From Eledone cirrhosa (Eukaryota), in the NCBI GenBank assembly GCA_964016885.1, contig OZ024741.1, positions 29,512,001-29,576,000 on the forward strand: 64,000 nt of DNA, given 5' to 3'. A model generated the notes under the pieces. That model worked only from the letters and a program-made list of their open reading frames with translations, did not search any database and was not told where the DNA came from. The translations under genes were made by a program, and so were the position numbers. Positions 40,643-54,453 of the stretch are shown here, one piece after another (within the stretch, counting starts at the first letter, position 1; the number at the start of each line of letters is the position of its first letter).

Positions 40643-43600
40643 CAAGAAAGAAGAGCGACATGGTTTGCTATACAATAAGGGCTTTATTCACATTGCTGAC
40701 AATTGTTTCTCTGAACTGGTAGGTCTAGAGATCGCTACCCGCCTGTTTTGGCGTCAATCGATCACCAGTACTTTGTTATAACCAGTCTATTCATAAGAGA
40801 ATGCGAGAATGAAGGGAATACACAGGCATGGCTTCTATATATAGTAGTGGCATTAAATCAGAACAATAATAACGATACTCAAATAAATTAGCTGTTAAAT
40901 AGTTAAAATAATCACAACATTAATCTAAGTAAGAAATATAGTATACTGATGACTTTAGCATGTAAAACGAGCTGATATGAAACAGATGTATGAAATTGAC
41001 ATGTAAAAGCTGTCATGCGGTATATTATATATAGTGTAGAGATAACCTGGGGCTTGAAATAATGGACCATTTACTTTACTGTAGGTTTTCTGACCGTAAG
41101 ATTTATTAATTATCTGACAGATAAAATATTTTCATTGTAGTGAGGATGGTAATCTTTATATGGTGTAGAGCCAATTCCTTATTTAAGTGGTCTATATTAT
41201 ATGAAGGGATTGTTAGTTCGAATCATGGAGGTTGTTTAGCTTTCACAGTTCCAATAACAAATCATGCATGAATAAGACAGCAATAATATAGGCAATAAGG
41301 TAATACAGAGGTTAAGAAAGCAAGGTATATATAGAGAGAACATGATGAATACTATTACGGATACATTGGGGTGTTCATTATAACAACAGGAGGAAGGTGA
41401 TATTTCAAGGACTGTGGTAGTAGTCAAATAATGTACTTAGAATTAAGTTCATCTGTTGAAGATCAAGAGTGAGGATGTGGTGTTGACAGCAGCCGAGAAG
41501 AGATATATTTATGGGTTGATAAGATGTTTGCAGACATTACTGGGGTATAGAATTAAGGAGTCTAGAAGCTGTTTAAAGAATATTATAGTTCTGTGGTGGT
41601 CTGTGTGAGAGTGCGGATTTCATATGTTGAATGCTAAGTTATGTTGGTTCGAATCACGGTGGCTTAAATCTTGTGAATTTAGTAGCGATCCTGTGTCTGC
41701 AGAAAATTGACCTTTCTATTTTTGTTGTTGAGTAGCCTTTTATCGTTCCTAAGGATATACAGTAATTCAAGGTCGCAGAGCCTACAATAGGACATACCGG
41801 TACTGTATGCCCTTGCGGCCGACAACCTCGACCAGTTGATATTGTAGTCGATGTTTTTGTCCTTAACTTCTCATTAGTGCACGGTTCTTCATCGAATGTC
41901 TGTGCACATACCATCTTACTTTAAATGTACCCGCGGTAGATCCAATGTAATGCCAAGTGGAGTTGCCCGACTTCACCGTACACCTGTACACTAGGCTCGA
42001 ATCAGGCACCTGTTCGCCAATGGGCACCTATCTGGTAGGTGACAATTCCAGTGTGAGGTGTTATTCCGTGCAGCTTCTACACTGCTGTTTTGTACACTGC
42101 TATAAGTGGTTTGTGATTCATGCCCGTTGAGGTTTTGCTGCGGCGCGCTCGTATGCATTTGCGGTTGTGATACGGTGATGTGTTTATGTTTAGAATTTGG
42201 TGCTTTGTTGCGCATAGGTGGGGTGGTTTCCCTAGAGGTATTTCTGTGGTTGGTCTTGCGTATATGAGATTCTATATTTGCAGCCGTAGAGTATGAGAGT
42301 TTTATAGTTTTTCTATTGAGGATTTTATGAAATCTATGTGATATAGGGAAGTGCTTATCTATTAGTTTAAAAAATGTAGAAGGCAGTCTAGTTTTTACAG
42401 AGGAGTTGAAGATTGGATTAAACCACAGGTATTTTCTTTCTATAATTCTTTTATAGTTTGTAGGGTTTTCATTATTTGTGTTTGGACCACATACTCTAGG
42501 TGCTATTTGTCTACCTCTATGTCTAGTCCGGTTACCTATATTTTTGTGTGAGCGGTTGGTGCCAGTGTTATTGGGTTTTGTTTGAGTTGTCCTTATCCGT
42601 TATAAACTGTAGCTTTTCTTTATGTCCGGCCCTACGTAATGCTGCGTTATAATAGTTAGCATGTTCGTTAAAGATTTCTAGGTTTGAGGATAAGCGGGAT
42701 ATTCGAAGGGATATACTACGTGCTATGGATCTGATTATGGATCGGGGGTGGTTTGAGTTATAAGTAATGTAGGCCAGATTTTCAATATTTTTGTGGAAGG
42801 TTTCTATTAACCCCGTATTTAGATTTAGAGTTACATCTAGAAAGTTTGCCTTTTTATGATTCAGTTCGTAGGTAATACTTAGGCCTAGTTCTTTGAAGAA
42901 TGTTCTAATGTTTTTTTTTTAATCTTTCTATGCTCTTGAAGTTCCTAGCTATAACGAGCGTGTCATCTCTATATATCCCTCCTTGGAGGTTACTGAATTC
43001 GTTATGTAGGTTGTGTGCTATAAATAACCCCACGACGTCAGTGATTTGCGCTGAATCGTTCGATCCCATTGTGATATCGAAGCTGTTTATCCTATCTTTT
43101 CTTACCCAATAGCTATTTTCAAATTTTATGATTGTCCTTCTAGCAGCTAGAATTATTTCAATTTCATCAGGGGAAAGATCGGAGTTATTTTGGGTAAATA
43201 TAAGCGCTTTATCTATGGCGGCTGGGGATATGGATGCGTAGTAATCGTTTATATCGAATTGTATGAAGTTACATGCTTCTCTATTTCCTATTTCATTCAA
43301 TCGCTTGAGTGTGGATTCATTTGTTTTTTTTGTATTTTTTGAACTGAATGAAATTATTGTATGTGTTAAGGTCCATAGAATATACGTTTGATGTTGTGTC
43401 TGCCTTTACTATGATACCGTTGGTGTCTTTTAGTTTTTTTAGTAGTGTATTGATGTCATTTTGTAATTTGTTGTGGTGTGATCTTTTTTAAAATTTAGTT
43501 CCACTTATCATATTCATAAGGTCCAGCTCGAAGGCATCGAGCGTGGTGTTGTTTGGAGTGTTTTTGCAGGATTTGAATCCGTAATTCTCCTTAGAAAATT

Positions 43601-43783
43601 CACTTGTGTTAATAGTTGGTCCTTTGTCGAAGTGGTAAGCCTTCCATCGGACCCTACGAATTGACGCAAACACAGGCAGGTAGCGATCTCTAGACCTACC
43701 AATTCAGAGAAACCATTGTCAGCAATGTGAATAAAGCCCTTATTGTATAGCAAACCATGTCACTCTTCTTTCTTGATTTATTA
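40639..43783 (-). mobile_element. Penelope-like retroelement (RT plus C-terminal GIY-YIG), decayed, with inverted partial pseudo-LTR
   Basis: WKAYHF..ENYGFKS; FIQFDINDYYASI; FDITMGSNDSA; GGIYRDD; LWFNP; NCHLPDRCPL; YIGSTAGTFKVRW; CRLCDLE. 40639-40760 is repeated inverted at 43660-43783. The 3' end abuts (TA)n. Confidence 0.88.
40691..40803 (-). ncRNA. Degenerate type I hammerhead ribozyme in the PLE pseudo-LTR
   Basis: cattct-CTTATGA...GAAA-CAATTG-TC-agcaatg; the core carries one substitution. Confidence 0.5.
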
Positions 43784-44042
43784 TTACTCCAAGTGTAAAC
43801 TACATAGAAATCACTGCGTACTCGCAGCATCACTCTGGAAACGTCTCGTTGAGTCAAACTTAGCCAAGCGTTAACACTATCCACTACTCGGAGTACCCTA
43901 CCTGGACTACATCTAAGTAGACTACCTATAACAATACTTTATATATATATATATATAGTACCACAATATATTAATAAATGGAAACTATATTTATAAAACC
44001 ATATTTATTTCATTATATATATTTCAAGGGCAATATAACCTC

Positions 44043-44081
<39 letters not shown>

Positions 44082-44157
44082 CGAAGGAAATGTGGTAAGG
44101 AACCAGGTGGACCATAACGCACCAAAGTACTCAATACTTGAGGTAGTAGAGTGGGTA

Positions 44158-44236
44158 ATAGGAACCAGTAAGACCCCGACAGTCCAGAATTAGCCGTCGA
44201 AACGGCTTGAGCTCAGCTGTCGGGGTCTTACTGGTT

Positions 44237-44241
<5 letters not shown>
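44158..44241. repeat. Foldback hairpin (24-bp perfect arms); partial copy at 57910-57972
   Basis: taggaaccagtaagaccccgacag / ctgtcggggtcttactggttccta. Confidence 0.85.
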
Positions 44242-44304
<63 letters not shown>

Positions 44305-45098
44305 TAGTTTGATATGTGAATATGTCTTTGAATAGATGTAGTTAAAAGCAAAGGAATTGATGTTGGTTGACGCTGGTATATGATATGGTATATGATATGG
44401 TATATGATATGGTTGCGTTGCATGACGAAAATGATTGCTTTGCTAAAATAAGAAGTTAAATGTTAAGGTGCATTCATTGTCATTATCGTATGCTGGTTGT
44501 GAAGTTACTAGGAGGCAGTGTCAGTGTGTTGAAGAACATCCAGGGCGACTACGATGAAGAACTTAAAAGGTATTTCAGTTCTTGTGTATACTTTTCCACT
44601 TTCTCTGATTTTGAATTAATGTAGACATCCGTATGTTACAAGTATTTCAATTATAGCTTGATCTCATTGGAGCATGAATTGCAACTTTTCCTGGCGTTTC
44701 TATATGGTCTGGATTTTTCCAGTTTTATTCATATTCTATTGTATATAATTAGAGTCCACTTATATCCCCCCTTTCCCCCCTCTATTTCTGTCCTTTCTTT
44801 CTATTTCTCTGTCTCTTCTTATCTCTGGATTTCAGATTTTATCTCCCTATATTCTTCTAAAATGGCCTGAAACATGTTTGTCACGCTATTGGTTGACCTT
44901 GGTCATGAGAAATAATTTGGCCTGTCATTCACCCTCACTGGATCACAGAACCATTCTCTACGTTTCTGTTCAGATCTACAAAGCGTGTTGCTGATATCGT
45001 GACATTGTCGAAAACAGTCACCAATATTCTATACATTGAAGTGTACCAGAGTTAAAACCATTAACGTTTCTATCCTTCGATGAGTATGCATGTGCGTG

Positions 45099-45129
<31 letters not shown>

Positions 45130-45157
45130 ATAAATATATATATATATATATAAATAA

Positions 45158-45260
<103 letters not shown>

Positions 45261-45617
45261 TTGCGTCTGTGTGAGTATGCAGGTTCGTACGTATGGTGGG
45301 TGTGTGTATATGTGTACTTCTTGTTTTAGTTGACTTACGTCTCCGAACACTCGTGTGATTATATGTAGGTGTGTGTGTGCGCGCTTGTTATATACGTATT
45401 TATTTATTTATATACGTTTATATAATTATTTATTTATTTGTATACACGCATACACACACACACATATTTATATGTGCGTGGTTTTGTATACCTATGGTAA
45501 GGTTTTGCGTATGCTTGTGTATGTACGTATTTGTTTGCGTGTATGTATTTATTTATTTCTATTACTTCTGTATTGTATTTATTTACTTTGTTCTTAACTC
45601 TGTAGCGGAGATTAATT

Positions 45618-45875
45618 TTAGTCTACGACTTCTGCTATACCATTTACGTGGTTTTGTCTTTGCGTGCTGTGGTTCTCCACGCTCCACACATGACGTATTA
45701 TCTTCGTTTTTTCGTTCATTGACAGAGAACGTCTCTATGCACCACCTAAGAGAACATTAGTCTACGACCTCTCGATACCATAAACGTGGTTCTGTCTTTG
45801 CGCGTAATTGTTTTTCACCGCTCCTATTAATGACGTATTATTCGTTTTTTCCCGTTCTTTGCCAGGGAACGTTAC
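45618..45875. repeat. Diverged ~140-bp tandem duplication
   Basis: tagtctacgac...tacca...cgtggtt..gtctttgcg...atgacgtatta...gaacgt occurs twice. Confidence 0.75.
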
Positions 45876-46136
45876 CACGAACCAAAGTATCGTCTTCCTG
45901 TCTTCCTCCGGTTGCAACGTTTTTTGAAATATCCAGTTCTGCGTTTACAGATTGACTTTGTTAGTTTCAGAAGATCCCGTTAAGGGTGAAAGCAGCGATT
46001 CTTTGCTTAAACTTTAATCTGTTATTTTAATAAATATTTGCACTACGGTTCTTATATATTTGATATATATATATCCTTATCGAGCCCTCTTTGGATTTTA
46101 GTCTTCAAATTTATTATTATTACTATATATATATTA

Positions 46137-46238
<102 letters not shown>

Positions 46239-46312
46239 ATGGTGTCTGTGTATGTGTCAGTTCTGTGTGTGAATGTATGAATAAATATATATGCATATAT
46301 GTGCGTCGTGTA

Positions 46313-46374
<62 letters not shown>

Positions 46375-46517
46375 CCCACATTCACACAGTGCAGACAATC
46401 ACATTGTGTTTATCCTCCGTGAAATGAATGTTTACGATCGATTCCATTCAAAACAGGCTCTAGTATCGGTTTTGATTTTTCTATCTTCAGATGACAACAT
46501 CAAACATCCGCAGTAAT

Positions 46518-47145
46518 ACACACATACACTCCAACAAACAGACACATACACATACACGCTTACACACAAACACATACACACACACACACTCAAACCCATA
46601 ATTTAAACAAACAGACACAATCAGATGCACACATACACACATACATACATACATACATGCACTCAAACAGACACAAACACATACGCACATTTACTCAAAC
46701 ACATACACACATACACTCAAACAAACAGACACAATTGCATACACGCTTACACACACAAACACATACACATACACACATACACAGTCAAACAAACAGAAAC
46801 ATATACACACATACAATCAAACAGACCAGACATATACACACATACACACTCAAACAGACACAGACACATACACACATACGCACTCTAACAAACACATACA
46901 CAAACATACAATCAAACACAAACATATATACACATTCAAACAAACACATATACATACACATGTACTCACTCAAAAATACACAGACACAATCACACATATA
47001 CACTCAAACAGACACAAACAGATGCACACATATACACTCAAACAGACACAAGCCCACATATACACTCAAACAGACACAAGCCCACATATACACTCAGACA
47101 GACACAAGCCCACATATACACTCAAACAGACACAAACACATCTAA
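46518..47145. repeat. CA-rich degenerate minisatellite (cactcaaacagacaca motif)
   Basis: Recurrent ~28-bp units. Confidence 0.85.
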
Positions 47146-47435
47146 ATGTAAAGGGAAACACAGGCACATGAGTATACATAATAAAATGTAGACATATATA
47201 CTTAAATGTAAACAACTTTTTGCAATACGATTTTATATTAAAAGTACTTTGAGATTTTTTTATAGCGTTGGCAGAAACATTACATTAGATTTACACACAC
47301 ATACACACATCCGAACATACATACACACATACGAACATACATACATACACATACACACACACACATATGTATATGCATATATAGAGAGATATGTACTTTC
47401 ACACATACGGACATACATGTATACACATTATAGAT

Positions 47436-47612
47436 ATTGGCAGTATCGGTAGAGGGTTGGACGCCATGCCTTCCAGCATAGAGTTAAGCCCCTTTATGGT
47501 CTGAGTTCAAATCCCGCCGAGGTTAACTTTGCCTTTCATCATTACGGAGTCGATAAAATAAAGTACCAGTAATGTACTGGATAATTGCTGGCCTTGTGCC
47601 AATAGTAGAAAC

Positions 47613-47618
<6 letters not shown>
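47436..47618 (+). mobile_element. tRNA-derived SINE
   Basis: Full consensus; tail runs into (TA)n. Confidence 0.9.
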
Positions 47619-47680
<62 letters not shown>

Positions 47681-47762
47681 CTTCAAAATATTAATTTAGT
47701 CATGGCACTGCCATGAGTAAATTATAACCATCAACATAGTCAAGGTATGTCAGGCATCAACT

Positions 47763-47828
47763 TATTTTATCTGATGAGGACGTACTGTTGAAATAGCTCA
47801 GTATCTCTGAAATATGTATAATAAAATA
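47763..47828 (+). ncRNA. Type I hammerhead ribozyme (minimal stem III)
   Basis: tattttat-CTGATGA-gga...tct-GAAA-tatgta-TA-ataaaata; 8-bp stem I. Confidence 0.8.
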
Positions 47829-47967
47829 TATTTGATCACATGAATGTATATATTTATTAATATTTTGAAGTAATATTAATAACTCCAGAAACCCTACTGT
47901 AGTGTGCTTATAATCTATTGTGAAACTTTATTCATTGATGAATTCATTGAACCTTGTTAAACTTTTA

Positions 47968-48043
<76 letters not shown>

Positions 48044-48044
<1 letters not shown>

Positions 48045-48833
48045 AAGTATGTATTATACGCACATACATATATGTATACAGACATACATTAGTATGTATA
48101 TATATACATACATGCACACCCATATATGTACGTATGGGTTTACCGAACATTTATTATAATGTTCGGTTTGTTTGTAAACAAACAAACAACCCGAATTACC
48201 TGAATTCGGGCTGTTTGTTTGTTTACAAACAAACCGAACATTATAATAAATGATCGGTAAACACATACGTACATATATATATGTGCGCATGTATGTATAT
48301 ATATACATACTACTGTACGTCTGTATACATATATGTATGTGCGTATACATACATACTTACATTTAAGTATCAGCCGTACTAAGAGTGAGAAATGAAATTT
48401 TGTTTCATTCTTTTCCATTTATCGTTTTCAGTGCGCCCGGCCGACTAACTCAATCGATATGCAAATTAGGCTGCTCAGCCGTTAATATACATAAGGAAAG
48501 TATATACTTTCAGACGTTCAATCATCTGGCAGGAAGGTATACGATGCTGACGAGTATACGATGCTGACGATAGCTAATAAGCTAGAAACTAGTACATCGT
48601 TCCTGTGTCAGTGTTGAACAAAAAGGTGACGATGGATGCCTGAACACCGTACAGCGTAATTCGGGCTGTTTGTTTGTTTACAAACAAACTGAACATTATA
48701 ATAAATGTTCGGTAAAACCCATACGTACATATATATATGTGTGCATGTACGTATATATATACACACTGTAAGTCTGTATACATATATGTTTGTGCGTATA
48801 CATACATACTTACATTTAAGTATCAGCCGTACT
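48044..48833 (+). mobile_element. Non-coding hammerhead element: inverted arm plus ~455-bp-period direct repeat
   Basis: 48044-48197 is inverted relative to 48203-48360; 48203-48380 is repeated at 48658-48833. Confidence 0.85.
48558..48600 (+). ncRNA. Compact canonical type I hammerhead ribozyme
   Basis: acgatg-CTGACGA-tagct(aata)agcta-GAAA-ctag-TA-catcgt; stems I and II pair perfectly and stem III is the palindrome CTAG. Confidence 0.9.
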
Positions 48834-48850
48834 TCATTCACACATATATT

Positions 48851-48888
<38 letters not shown>

Positions 48889-48889
48889 C

Positions 48890-48972
<83 letters not shown>

Positions 48973-48979
<7 letters not shown>

Positions 48980-49154
48980 GGCAGTATCGGTAGAGGGTCG
49001 GACGCCATGCTTTGATGCATAGAGTTACGGCCCTTTCCAATCTGAGTTCAAATCCCGCCGAGGTTAAACTTTGCCTTTCATCCTTACGGGGTCGATATAA
49101 TAAAGTACCAGTAATGCACTAGGTAATTGCTGGCCTTGTGCCAAAAGTAGAAAC

Positions 49155-49158
<4 letters not shown>
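48973..49158 (+). mobile_element. tRNA-derived SINE between (TA)n tracts
   Basis: Full consensus. Confidence 0.9.
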
Positions 49159-49185
<27 letters not shown>

Positions 49186-49190
<5 letters not shown>

Positions 49191-49717
49191 ACTTCGCTCC
49201 TGATGTGCTCTCTCAACGAGATTCCTAGCATTGATCTCTCCATGGCTCTTTGAGCCGTTCCCATTCTCTGCTCTTCTCTCTTCGTTGTTGCCCAAGTTTC
49301 ACTGCCATATAACATTGTAGGTAAAACTGAGCTTTTGAAGAGGTTGGCGTGGGTGGTCTTGTCCACCTCCCCTTGAGCACATCTCTTATGCCGTTGAACG
49401 CCTTCCATCCGGCCCTTACTCAGAAGTCCGGCGTGAAGGACGTCATGACGGAATATATGCGCAGCAAGTTCAGATGGGCTGGACACGTCGCCCGGTTCAC
49501 CGATAATCGGTAGACCTGCGCATTTGCCGTGTGGAACCCGCGCGAGCGGAAACGACCACTCGGAAGGCTTCCACGAGGGTGGAGTTACGATTTTAAGAAT
49601 ACGGTTGGGAATACATGGATGAGGAAAGTACGATCCAGAGAGGAATGGATGGCGTGGTGTGACCAGCGGCGCTGAATGGACGCTCGACAGACTGGTCGGT
49701 CAAGGTGATCAAGCTGA
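49186..49717 (+). mobile_element. RTE-clade LINE 3' insertion with inverted 5' part
   Basis: Minus 49186-49420: AGWKAF...VLPTMLYGSETW...HIRSEVI. Plus 49421 onward: QKSGVKDV...KFRWAGHVAR...KRPLGR. Confidence 0.85.
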
Positions 49718-49877
49718 TATATATACATTGGGGGTAAATGCATCATGCATAGACATATTTTTACTATTATAATTATTTCAGGTCTTTACGTTTTGAGTTC
49801 AGATCCCACAGATGTAGACTTTTGTTTCACCTTTTCGGCATAGAGTTATGGCCCTTTAAATTCTGAGGTCCTAAAAC

Positions 49878-50265
49878 ATGGCTTGGATGATGCAGGATTC
49901 CCCTCCCAGCTTCAGCCGGTGGGGCTAGACCAAGGAGACGGTAAAAGGCCAGACGGTATGACCATCTTCCCATTCCGCGGTGGCAAACCCCTCGTCTGGT
50001 GCAGTATGCGACTAACCCAGGTTCTGCTGCAAGTCGGGCTGAGGAGGCTAAACTCTCCAAGTACCGGTCCCTCTCCGACAGGTTTGCGGTCATACCTTTG
50101 ACAATGTAGACTTCTGCTGTCCTTGACCCTAGGGATACCTCCCTACTCACCACCATAGGCGCTGAGCTGGCCAGCCGCAAGTGTGAGCCTCGCGAGTTGG
50201 AATGGCTCTTCCAGCGCATCTCCCTTACCATCCCCTGGGGAATCGCCTTCTCCATTCTGTCCGCC
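49878..50265 (+). mobile_element. CRE-like non-LTR retrotransposon 3' fragment (restriction-like endonuclease)
   Basis: DGKRPDGMTIFPFRGGKPLVW...AEEAKLSKY...WLFQRISL. Confidence 0.75.
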
Positions 50266-50517
50266 GGGGCTGTGGGGAGGCCAGCACGTGGGGCCCCATT
50301 TACTCACCACACAGAGAGATGGGGAGGGCGACAGAGCTGGAGGCGATGTTAGTGGGAGTTTGGCTCTTCCACGTACGGACCATATCCTTGTGGTTGTGTA
50401 CACCCATCCTATATATATTTTATAATGTATGAGATCTTTAACAGATTGTATAGCACCATAACATAAAGAATCGAGAAAAATATCAAACCAACCTTAGACG
50501 GGAGGCTACATTTTAAC

Positions 50518-50608
50518 ACATATCTGAGGAGCTTCCCATTCTAGATCTGCATCGGTCATTAATCGATCGTTCCTCGAGCTGATCGACAGTGAAACATATG
50601 TAATATGT
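50518..50608 (+). ncRNA. Type I hammerhead ribozyme
   Basis: acatat-CTGAGGA-gct...agt-GAAA-CATATG-TA-atatgt. Confidence 0.82.
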
Positions 50609-50711
50609 AATTAAATATGTATGCGATACAACACTGATTCTTTGTTTCCTTATATATTATTGTTATTATATATTATTGTTATTATATATATATATATATA
50701 TATATATATCT

Positions 50712-51840
<1,129 letters not shown>

Positions 51841-51843
51841 TGT

Positions 51844-52030
51844 GGGTGGATTGGCAGTATCGGTAGAGGGTCGGACGCCATGCTTTCCAGCATAGTTACG
51901 CTCATTTACGATCTGAGTTCAAATCCCGCCGAGGTTGATTTTGCCTTTCATCCTTACGGGGTCGATAAAATAAAGTACCAGTAATGCACTGGGTAATTGC
52001 TGGCCTTGTGCCTAAAGTAGAAACAGTTAT
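51844..52030 (+). mobile_element. tRNA-derived SINE
   Basis: Full consensus. Confidence 0.9.
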
Positions 52031-52145
52031 TATATATAATAATAATAAATGCGAAGACTAAAATCCAAAGAGGGTTCGATAAGGATAAGGATAAATATAT
52101 ATTTTAATAAGTCAACAGCCACCGTAGCCGAAACGAACAAGCTAA

Positions 52146-52176
<31 letters not shown>

Positions 52177-52321
52177 ATATAATATAAGATCAAAAGATGG
52201 TTAAAAGAGTTCCAAGTATTTTATTATGCGCATTTCAAAAACAAATATCATCATGGGATGATATCTGCATTATCCGATATTTGCATTGCTTTATTGTGCT
52301 ACAATAAAACTCACCTACTAC

Positions 52322-52421
<100 letters not shown>

Positions 52422-53306
52422 TAGCTTGTTTGTTTTTTCGTCTACGGTGGTTGTTTACTTCAGAAGCACTGTTTTCATTTTAACTGCCTTTATAACACAT
52501 GTTAATTGCTCTGGTTTCTTCTTAGTCCATTGAGCGTTTGCCGGCAGCATAGTACTCGGTTAAAGAATGCGAGGTAACCACAATTAATGTAAGCTGTGCT
52601 TTACATCAGGTAGAGTACATACACTCAGATATATTTTACACGACAGTGTAAGGGGATGAACAGAGATATTTACACCAATAAAGGTTCTCGATAAAATCTA
52701 CAAAAAATCACATTCACATATTATAAATGAAGCAGTTAGACACGCCAATAACATCACATCCTTAAAAGGAGACTATAAAATCTTAAAACTTTAATAGGTT
52801 TAGGAACTTTATTATTCCAAACGAACTGCAAAGGGGAAACTTATGCATGCGAGTATATAGACTCATTTTTGATATGCAAGCTGTCGCACTATTGGTGCCG
52901 TGACGAACATATTTGTTTGTTAATTAATTAACTAAATAATGACAGAATTTAATTAATTAATTATATATTCGTATTAAGGAAAGCAATTATCCTAAAAAAA
53001 TTACCAAAAGAAAAAACCCGAAATGTTATACAATCAATCATTAAATATGAAGAGGAGATTCGGCAGGTATTTTAATAACTTAAGACATGTTTCAGCACTA
53101 TCAGACCTTGTTCTCTGAAACATAACTCGCTCATAGCTGCAAGACCTTCAGAATATTCAATAAATGTGTGAAATTAATTCACAGGCAAATTTTCCCAACA
53201 GTGACTACTACATGGAATCATAAAATTAAGTGACTATTATGATGCCACAAAACATCACGTATTGTATCTTACAATATACACACAGAAAAGACAATCTGGA
53301 AATAAT

Positions 53307-53495
53307 TGTTTCTACATTTGGTACAAGGTCAGCAATTATCCCAGTGCATTACTGGTACTTTATTTTATCGACCCGTAAGGATGAAAGGCAAAGTTAACCT
53401 CGGCGTGATTTGAACTCAGTTCGTAAAGGGACGTAAGTGTGCTGCAAAGCATAGCGTCCGACCCTCTACCGATACTGCCAATCCACCCATACAGC
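53307..53495 (-). mobile_element. tRNA-derived SINE with 15-bp TSD
   Basis: CAATCTGGAAATAAT at 53292-53306 and 53496-53510. Confidence 0.92.
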
Positions 53496-53600
53496 CAATC
53501 TGGAAATAATACAATATAATTAGTTCTGTCTATCTATCTATCTAGCTAGCTATTTCTTTGTGTATTTATTTCTCAACAGATTAGTGGAGTAAATATTCAA

Positions 53601-54421
53601 TCATTATCTATAAAAGGCAGATTTTTGTGTCTGTATGTATGTTTCAATTTTATACATTTACACAATTCCAAAAATATTGAATGAATAATTAAGCAGAATG
53701 TTTACAAATATTCTAACTTGGGTCATGGGCGAACTTATTGGGTAAAAAATGCCACAATTACGGAAAAATCGATTTATTTCAACAATCGATGATTTCTCCT
53801 CTCTCATATGATATACGTTTCCTATATCTACTCCCTTCATCACCTCCCCTTAAAATTGCTACCTTCTCTTATAAGTGTTTGTGAAAAAAGAGAAACATTG
53901 AAAAAAAACATATACACACATATATGTGGGTGCATACACACACATATATGTTGGTATGGTTACGATTGACGTCATAGAAACAGGAACGCGGGAATTTCAA
54001 TCAATCAACGCATACACAGTTTGTTTTAGAAATAACAATAGCATATAATGATAAAGAGGGATATAATGATAAAGTGGGAGTGAGAAACAAACAGACACAC
54101 TAAAAGACGGATATATGTGTGTTTGTATTAGCGCGTTCAAACTCCATTTCGAAGCTGACTTTCATTTACTAAACTGTAAGTTTTTCAATCGGTATTACAC
54201 TTTCAAACTATATTTTTCTGTATAAGTAACTTTAACCCTTTATGTTCGACATAAAAATACACACATACATACAAATACCTGTAAATGTTTGTGGGGGGCC
54301 TTTCTTATCAATCATTTTACATTCAATTGTACTTATACTTTCAAAGTCAATTGTTATGTTGAAGTAACTTTCAACATTTAATACATACATACATACATAC
54401 ATACATACATACATACATACA

Positions 54422-54453
<32 letters not shown>

